From NCBI GenBank assembly GCA_951406725.2, contig OX597840.1:11346001-11410000 (forward strand): 64,000 nt of DNA. The letters are read 5' to 3'. The stretch comes from Octopus vulgaris. Its lineage: Eukaryota. Shown piece by piece: positions 55,771-64,000 of this stretch. The number at the start of each line of letters is the position of its first letter. Positions within the stretch are counted from its first letter, which is position 1. The notes under the pieces are model-generated. The model made no database searches. It worked only from the letters and a program-made list of their open reading frames with translations, and had not been told where the DNA came from. The position numbers and the translations under genes were made by a program.

Positions 55771-56119
55771 TTCGCTAAGATCGAAGTAATCGATTAGCCT
55801 CCGCCCACCAAATGTCAAGCCTTGTGATTGTTATAGTAGAAAGAATTTGTCGGGCAATGCGGTCGTTGGATGTTTTACGTTAGCAATATATAGAAATTTT
55901 ATGGTCGTTGCGAACGATGACATTCTCGGGGAATTCAGGGCGAAGAATATATTCCTCAGGGAGTAGTCAAACAAAAATAGTTGCTATATGGTTGGTGAGC
56001 TTACAGCTGCACTATGGGTGATATGGAGGCTTCATAAATAACAGAATGATGAAGCATTTGACAGGATAGAAGAGGCAAGGGTAGCAAAAGAACCTGGGCT
56101 CTCTCTCTCTCTCTTTCTC

Positions 56120-56535
56120 TTTTTCTCTTTCACTTGTTTCAGTCATTTGACTGCGGCCATGCTGGAGCACCGCCTTTAGTCGAGCAAATCGACCCCAGGA
56201 CTTATTCTTTTGTAAGCCCAGTACTTATTCTATCGGTCTCTTTTGCCGAACCGCTAAGTGACGGGGACGTAAACACACCAGCATCGGTTGTCAAGCAATG
56301 CTAAGGGGACAAACACAGACACACAAACATACACACACATACACACATAAATATATATATACATATATACGACAGGCTTCTTTTCAGTTTCCGTCTACCA
56401 AATCCACTCACAAGGCATTGGTCGGCCCGGGGCTATAGCAGAAGACACTTGCCCAAGATGCCACGCAGTGGGACTGAACCCGGAACCATGTGGTTAGTTA
56501 GCAAGCTACTTACCACACAGCCACTCCTGCGCCTA
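56120..56535 (-). mobile_element. SINE family 1, full length
   Basis: Reverse complement of 50002-50420. Confidence 0.9.
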
Positions 56536-56744
56536 TTCATAGTAATTTCTTTATTATGGCATTTCTAGAAGTTATACTGTCGGATGGTACCTAGGACGTT
56601 TTGACTGAACGTTAATCCCTCCTATCTAAATCCAACCATTTTAGATATACAGCCTGATCTTTCAACAAAATATTACCACTTTTGGATAAATTCTGAAGAG
56701 AATAAAACAATGTTAATTTTATAAGAATCGTTGATTTTATATAG

Positions 56745-57126
56745 TGGAAGCACTCCGTCGGTTACTACGATGAGGGTTCCGGTTGATCCGAATCAACGGA
56801 ACAGCCTGCTCGTGAAATTAACGTGTAAGTAGCTGAGCACTCCACAGACACGTGCACCCTTAACGTAGTTCTCGGGGATATTCAGCGTGACACAGAGAGT
56901 GACAAGGCCGGCCCCTTGAAATACAGGTACAACAGAAACAGGAAGTAAGAGTGAGAGAAAGTTGTGGTGAAAGAGTACAGCAGGGATCACCACCATCCCT
57001 GCCGGAGACTCGTGGAGCTTTTAGGTGTTTTCGCTCAATAAACATACAACGCCCGGTCTGGGAATCGAAACCGCGATCCTATGACCGCGAGTCCGCTGCC
57101 CTAACCACTGGGCCATTGCGCCTCCG
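56745..57126 (-). mobile_element. SINE family 3, full copy with ~12-bp TSD (tgattttatata)
   Basis: TSD at 56732-56743 and 57128-57139. Confidence 0.9.
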
Positions 57127-57339
57127 CTGATTTTATATACAAAATAAACATTCGGTCTGCGTTTATTTACTGAGTAATTTTGACTTCAATTGTAGCTTTT
57201 TCTGTTTAATTTTTTAACGAAAACGTACAATTACGTGTGTGTGTTTGTGTGTGTGTACATATAAATTAGAAATGGAAACAAAATAATAAAATTTAATAAT
57301 TAAATTCAAGATCACAGCATACATGTACACTGCAACATA

Positions 57340-57678
57340 ATTTCTTTTCCTCAACAGGCCCTGCCCTATTAACATTGTCCCGAGGGAGATCAAAGAGGAA
57401 AAGGATCCCATCAACTTTAAACGGAGTCTGGATAGATTCCTTCAAAGAATACCGGATAAGCCACCTATAATTGGATACAACTCACCCAACAAAAACTCAC
57501 TACTTGAACAAAACTGGATACAACTCACCCAACAAGAACTCACTACTTGAACAAAACTTGACTTAAACAAAACTTGACTTAAACAGGATTCGAATAATCC
57601 TATCAGGTGGTGCTATTAAGTTAGACATGGCCTGGACCAATCTTTGGTCGAAACATATCTAAGTTTATCTAAGTTTAA
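57340..57678 (+). mobile_element. 3' end of LINE family A relative
   Basis: caggtggtgctattaagttagacatggcctgg is shared with the reverse complement of 24154-24185; internal 43-bp duplication. Confidence 0.75.
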
Positions 57679-57978
57679 TAGTTTAATCATTGAATGATAA
57701 ATTCAACTCAATTTTAATATTTCTATACAAACAAATGACAAATCTAGTTATAGCTGTTTCCACATCATTTAATAACAGGTTTTTTCCAAAGGTTGTAAAT
57801 ATCGTTTTAAATCTAATGAGGTTTCATCAAACGGACATATCTTGTTAATTATTTTACGAAAATAACAGCTTCTAGGTGATTCTGTAATTAACGTGGCAAC
57901 ACTCCAATGTCTATTTGGTCAACAGGATATTCAGGAATACTATCAATCAGTCAATCGTTTGTGTGTGTGTGTGTGTGT

Positions 57979-58050
<72 letters not shown>

Positions 58051-58754
58051 GACGACAGTGTAAGGTCGTTTTCAAAGGAATATGCTTCATCTCTTAGATC
58101 TACGTATCCCAGAAACACTTAAAGATTGACATTCAGAACAACTGATAAAGACGCATATACAGAGATGATGGGTTGGCTGTGTCCAACACACGAATGAGCA
58201 TACGTGACACAACTGCACAAAACCTTTCACTAAGAGGAACCGATCCGGTTTACAAGCAAGCAGTTATGTTTGTATAAATTCATATACGCATATGCTCAGG
58301 AAATTCATTTTGGCAACATGGTCACCGACTTTTTCGGATCAAAGAAAGAAAAACATGTACATACGGTCAGCTAAAAACAGCTGACATCGTCACATGGGAG
58401 ACAACTCTCCTTTGTTCGCCGGAAAAAGCTATCACCCTTCGTTACTTTCTCATTCCTCTATTTATCATCACCGAAGAACCGGGACTGTATATTTTACCTC
58501 CCGCATAAAAGAAGCTATGTGCCATGTGCTTCCGGCCAACATGTCTGAAGTGTCGTAAAGTAATTTATCAGTAATAGTCGAAACCGGTATACGATTAATT
58601 CTTGATTTTTATATAATTTACATCTGTCTTGCTCGCTTATGTTCTGGTGTTTGCTGAGTTTCTCTGGAGAACATTCTTTTCTTTGTAGTTAGATCGTATG
58701 TGATCTTCTTCCAGCGTATTGGTTATCCACTTAGTGGTTTATCCCTTAATATAC

Positions 58755-59438
58755 ACATATCATCTCTTGTGAAAGGTAGGAGAGTCCAGTTTGCTGGGCA
58801 TTGTTGTAGAGCTAAAAACGAGGCAATTTCTACTCTTCTCCTCTGGAAGCCATCTACTCGCAATACCAGAGGGCGTACACTCTCCTACCCTGATGTAATC
58901 TCCAGGGATACAGGCATCCAGCAACAGGACCTCCGTAATGCCATGATGGACCGTGAAGTCTGGCATAGCATGGTAAATTCCATTGTCTCGACCACGGTCG
59001 CAATACCAGAGAGCGCACACTCTCCTACCCTGATGTAATCTCCAGGAATACAGGCATCCAACAACAGGACCTCCGTAATGCCATGATGGACCGTGAAGTC
59101 TGGCATAGCATGGTAAATTCCATTGTCTCGACCACGGTCGCAATACCAGAGGGCGCACACTCTCCTACCCTGATGTAATCTCCAGGAATACAGGCATCCA
59201 ACAACAGGACCTCCGTAATGCCATGATGGACCGTAAAGTCTGGCGTAGCATGGTAAATTCCATTGTCTCGACCACGGTCGCAATACCAGAGGGCGCACAC
59301 TCTCCTACCCTGATGTAATCTCCAGGAATACAGGCATCCAACAACAGGACCTCCGTAATGCCATGATGGACCGTGAAGTCTGGCGTAGCATGGTAAATTC
59401 CATTGTCTCGACTACGGTCGAACAATGATGATGATGAT
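58755..59438 (+). mobile_element. RTE-clade LINE 3' end with its terminal 140 bp repeated 4 times and a (GAT)n tail
   Basis: ISSLVKGRRVQFAGHCCR...LLWKP...RGR...AMMDREVW. caataccaga at 58861, 59001, 59141 and 59281. Confidence 0.85.
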
Positions 59439-60333
59439 TGAATTTTTTCTGATTTTTCAGATTTTTTATATATGCTAGGCGACTGGTTTTAAATTGATAT
59501 TAATTAAATTAATATTCAATTTATGTCCCTCATTATTTAAAATACATATATACATAGTTTACTGTTCCGTTAAGGTTAGATCAACAACAAAAAAGCGCCT
59601 CCATCGAGTGAGAGATAAATATCATCTAATGCACACAGTATAAGAATGTGAGCTGCTAATAGTTTCTTGCTGTGGAAACACGTGTCAAGGCAAGTTTTTA
59701 TAACACGCCTTGTGTCTCCTGGTAATCCCGGTGTTCTGAGCACATGGTCTATTCAATTTACATATCAGGGCGTTGGAACGAGACAAATCACAAAAGAAAA
59801 ATGAGAAGACAGATACAAAAGAGGATCATGGATTTTCCCCCTGCATTCGACGTAAAAGCATTGAATTATACGATCAGATTGAATCATCAATTCATAGAAT
59901 AAACGTTGGAACTGGCCGAGTATTCCATAGAGAAAATTGTCCTTAATGTAATCCTTAAAGAGAGTTAGCTTGACGCAGTATGTGACAAGGCTGGCCCTTT
60001 ATATTAACTGTGACAATGCATATGAAGGGATTCCGTCCAGTTTCCGTATGACTGGAGCCGAGTTCTTGATAATGACATCCAACTCACCACGCAGTCGGAT
60101 CGAACCCGAGAACCTATGATTTTGAAGGTAACATCTTAACCAACCACCCAGCAACACTGGTGTCCATATGTACACACACAACACACACACACACATTTAC
60201 ACACACACTCACGCACAAGCACACAGACACACACACTCAAACACACTCACATACATGTATGAACATATATATGTATATATATATATATATTAATAAAAAT
60301 GTGTGTTCATGTGTATATATATATATATTTATA

Positions 60334-60385
<52 letters not shown>

Positions 60386-60489
60386 CGTGTGTATGCGTGT
60401 ATGAATACATATGTATGTGTGTGTGTATGTGTGTGTAAGCATGTGTATATGTATTCGTATATATATATATGTATATATGTATGTATGTA

Positions 60490-60569
<80 letters not shown>

Positions 60570-60962
60570 CATATATGAATGCCTACATCCGCATATACAC
60601 ACATATGTACACATGAGTGTTGTAGCGCTTAGGCTGTTGCATATTACACGATGGCCTCATCATCATTGTTTGTCGGAAACCTTTACCAAGTCTATTCATA
60701 TCCCATTTAAAACATTTAATGGCTTGGCCAGCTGCGTCGTCTTTCAATCATCATAATTCTCCGCTCTCATCACCGCTCGCATAAAAACTGCAGTTGGTGA
60801 ACAGCACGCAGCGCTGTTGGCTCCTGTACGTGCAGATGTACCAACAGATGAGTGAAAACACAATTAAGAACCGCTGTTCATTCAGTATTCCGCTTAGGTT
60901 GTTAGGAGTGAAATATCATATGACGTTTTGGGTCCGTGCCCTTCGTCTGAGACTAACGAAGG

Positions 60963-61220
60963 GTATTTAGCGGAGATCTAGCGGAGTCGTTAGAGCGTTA
61001 AGTAAAAATACTTTGCGTTCTCTATTCGGGTTCTTTGCGTTCTTGGAAAGCGCATGGCCTGGGGATTAGGTTGTTGCACTCGCGATTGGAAGATCGAGGT
61101 TTCGATTCTCTGATCGGACGTGGTGTTCTGTTCTTGACTAAAACACTTCATTTCACCATGCTTTTGCTATAGCTTCGGGCCGAAGTGGATTTGGTAGATG
61201 GAAACTGAAATAAACCAGTC

Positions 61221-61270
<50 letters not shown>

Positions 61271-61271
61271 G

Positions 61272-61340
<69 letters not shown>

Positions 61341-61768
61341 ATGTATATATATACATATATATATAATATATATATATATATATGCATATGTTTGTGTGTC
61401 TCTATTTGTCTCCCCAACATCGCTTGACAACCGGTGTTGGTGTGCTTACGTCCCCGTAACCTAGCGACTCGGCAAAAGTGACCGATAGAATATGTACTGG
61501 GCTTGCAAAGAAAAAGTCCTGGGGTCGATTTGTTCGACTAAAGGCGGTGCTCCAGCATGGCCGCAGTCAAAGTATTTAGCGTATATCTTGCGGAATCGTT
61601 AGAGCGTTAAGTAAAATACTTTGCGTTCTCTATTCGGGTTCTTTGCGTTCTTGGAAAGCGCATGGCCTAGAGGTTAGGTTGTTGCACTCGCGATTGGAAG
61701 ATCGAGGTTTCGATTCTCTGATCGGACGTGGTGTTCTATTCTTGGCTAAAGCACTTCATTTCACCATG
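60963..61768 (+). mobile_element. Truncated SINE1 (61161-61571) between ~197-bp direct repeats
   Basis: 60963-61160 matches 61572-61768. Confidence 0.85.
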
Positions 61769-61931
61769 TTCCAGCTCAGTCAGCTGTGCGAGATTCGTAT
61801 CCTGTTCAACGTGGATGTGATTTCAGTCACTGAAGAGCCATAAAAACCGGGTAACCAGCCCCATGTGTCCCAGAATCCGAGATAGCATTTTTTTTTACTT
61901 GCATTTCCTCTGATGTTAACATTTTTGTTTA

Positions 61932-61932
<1 letters not shown>

Positions 61933-62006
<74 letters not shown>

Positions 62007-62420
62007 CATTGTGTACAGTGCTCAGGTGCACTACAACTCATCTAAAGTGTATATATAATCAGGTGTAGTTTCGGCGGATTTCGGAAAGCATGAGGGCTTT
62101 AAAGGATGCAGTGTCATGGCAGTCAATAGCTGACGCAGGCAGTTTGTTCCATGCTTCAGCAACTCTGAGCGTGAAGAAATGTTTCCGAAAGTCATGGGAG
62201 CTGTGTTGTTTTCTGACTTTGTAGGCATGTCCACGTGTGTTGGACACATGGAGATCAAAAAGGTGTTCAGTGTTGTTGTTGGTGAGGTGGTTGATAACTT
62301 TGTGGGTGTTTACCAAGTCCGTCGCCAGACGCCGGAGCTTCAGTGAATCCATGCCCAGGGAAACAAGGCGCTCAGAGTATGGTAGGTGTCTGATGAAGGG
62401 TATGCGTTTGGTTGCACGTC
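61933..62420 (-). mobile_element. CR1 LINE 3' end (family C) with (TTA)n tail
   Basis: LPYSERLVSLGMDSLKLRRLATDL...TRGHAYKV...RKHFFTLRVAEAWNKLP...SFK. Confidence 0.9.
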
Positions 62421-62710
62421 TCTTTAGTTTAGTTTTGTTTGGTGGGGCAGGGAGAGCATTTTTATCCTTCAGGGTTTAAAATATAAAATACCCGTCCTAA
62501 AGCGGTGGGCGAACAAAATGTTTAAAGCCTCGGACGAAATGTCGCCAAATAAGCAACGCCAAAACGTCTCCTACGCCAATAATTATGGCACCAATCTAGA
62601 GCATAATCATAAGAAATTCAAACGTTCTTAAACCTATTTAACACTTCATTGTATATCTCAATATATCTGTCTGTATGTCTGCTTTACATGTCAATATGCC
62701 TATATGTGTG

Positions 62711-63310
62711 AAGGCAGCGAGCTTCAACGCCGGGCAAAATTCGACATTTCGCCGAGGTCGACTTCTGCCATTCATCCTTTCGGGGTCGATAAATTAAGTA
62801 CCAGTTGCGTACTGAGGTTGATGTAATCGACTAACCTCCCCTGAAATTGCTGGCCTTGTGCCAACCATGAAACACATGACAACATATATAAAGGCGGCCC
62901 AGCTAGCAGAACCGTTAGAATACCGGACAAAAATGATTAGCGACATTTCTTGTCTTTACGTTCTGAGTTCAAATTCCGCCGAGGTCGACTTTGCCATTCA
63001 TCCTTTCGGGGTCGATAAATTAAGTACCAGTTGCGTACTGAGGTTGATGTAATCGACTAACCCCCTCCCCCGAAATTGCTGGCCTTGTGCCAAACTATGA
63101 AACCAATATGACAACATATATAAAGGCGCCCAGCTAGCAGAACCGTTAGAATACCGGACAAAATGATTAGCAACATTTCATCCGTCGTTACGTTCTTAGT
63201 TTAAATTCCGCCGAGGTCGACTTTGCCTTTCATTTTTCGGAGACCCGTAGAGTATTAGGATCGGTGTAATCGAATAACCTCCTCCCCTGAAATTGCTGGC
63301 CTTGTGTCGT
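62711..63310 (+). mobile_element. Three tandem SINE2-variant copies (tail gaaattgctggccttgtg)
   Basis: Repeated head aaggcg...cagctagcagaaccgttag and repeated central domain. Confidence 0.8.
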
Positions 63311-63757
63311 CTTTAATTACTAATTAATTTATTAAAGGAATGAGACTACCGTTTATTAATAAATAGATTCGAAATGCTATTCGAAGAGGAGATATAAAAA
63401 TTATTTTAATATAAATGGATACCATTTATGTTTAAGTTGTGTCACTTTTATTGGGATGTCACTGAGGGTTTTCAGTTAGTATTTACGTATATTAAGCCAT
63501 GAAAGGTAGATTTTGTGTACCTATTAAATATTTCTGTCTGATGTTTCAAGATCAATAGCTCTCAAAGTTTTTTTCTTCAGCTCACGGCGCCTGTAGGAAA
63601 GGTCAATACCTGTTATCTTCACGGATCCTCACAAGAGTGATTGTAGAAATGACTTAAACGTGGAAGTTTTTTTTATCCAAGAATTACCTTTGAATGATAA
63701 GATATATCATTTTTCAAAGTACTTATGTATAGGTAGTTCTCTGTTTAATCTTCTGTG

Positions 63758-64000
63758 AAATGTTCTAAATGTATAATAATGTTCTAAATGCGTGATAATG
63801 TTGCAAATATATAATAACGTTCTAAATTATGATAATATTGTAAATGTAATAATGTTGTAAATGTATGATAATGTTCTAAATGCGTTTTAATGCATAATAA
63901 TGTTGAAAATGTATAAAAATGTTCAAAATGTGTAATAAGGTTGAAATGTATAATAATGCTGTAAATGTATAATAATGTTCTACACGTATTATATTGTTCT
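63758..64000. repeat. AT-rich ~19-bp minisatellite (aatgttctaaatgtataat) running to the window end
   Basis: Direct inspection. Confidence 0.85.

Noticed and set aside
58541-58595. HHR-like ctgaagt...gtcGAAACcgGTA (also 812-846 on the minus strand)
   Set aside because: Stems I and II do not pair convincingly; not counted.

Overview
Eukaryotic, AT-rich, microsatellite-saturated DNA ((TA)n, (TACA)n, (TAGA)n, (CA)n, (TAA)n). The SINE and microsatellite landscape suggests an octopus (coleoid cephalopod); this is an inference. Nearly all listed ORFs are microsatellite artefacts. The one host coding sequence is the first coding exon (minus strand, 10419->9522) of a TGF-beta superfamily ligand of myostatin/GDF11/myoglianin type. 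It has a signal peptide, a long His/Asn-rich insert, a CxxC latency region and a phase-1 GT donor; I found no later exon in the window. The rest is retroelement debris: three tRNA-derived SINE families, CR1-group, RTE and R4/Dong LINE fragments, a Penelope-like ORF relic, and MITEs. The most notable hidden structure is about 16 hammerhead-ribozyme (HHR)-like motifs from several families. They sit in 100-500 bp cassettes, mostly within or next to (TA)n tracts and often as foldback hairpins, consistent with non-autonomous Penelope-like/retrozyme elements. Also recurrent: 140-187 bp tandem amplifications of retroposon modules, antisense self-nested SINE insertions with 17-bp TSDs, and (TA)n-centred inverted duplications. 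All calls are by eye; element boundaries are approximate unless stated.
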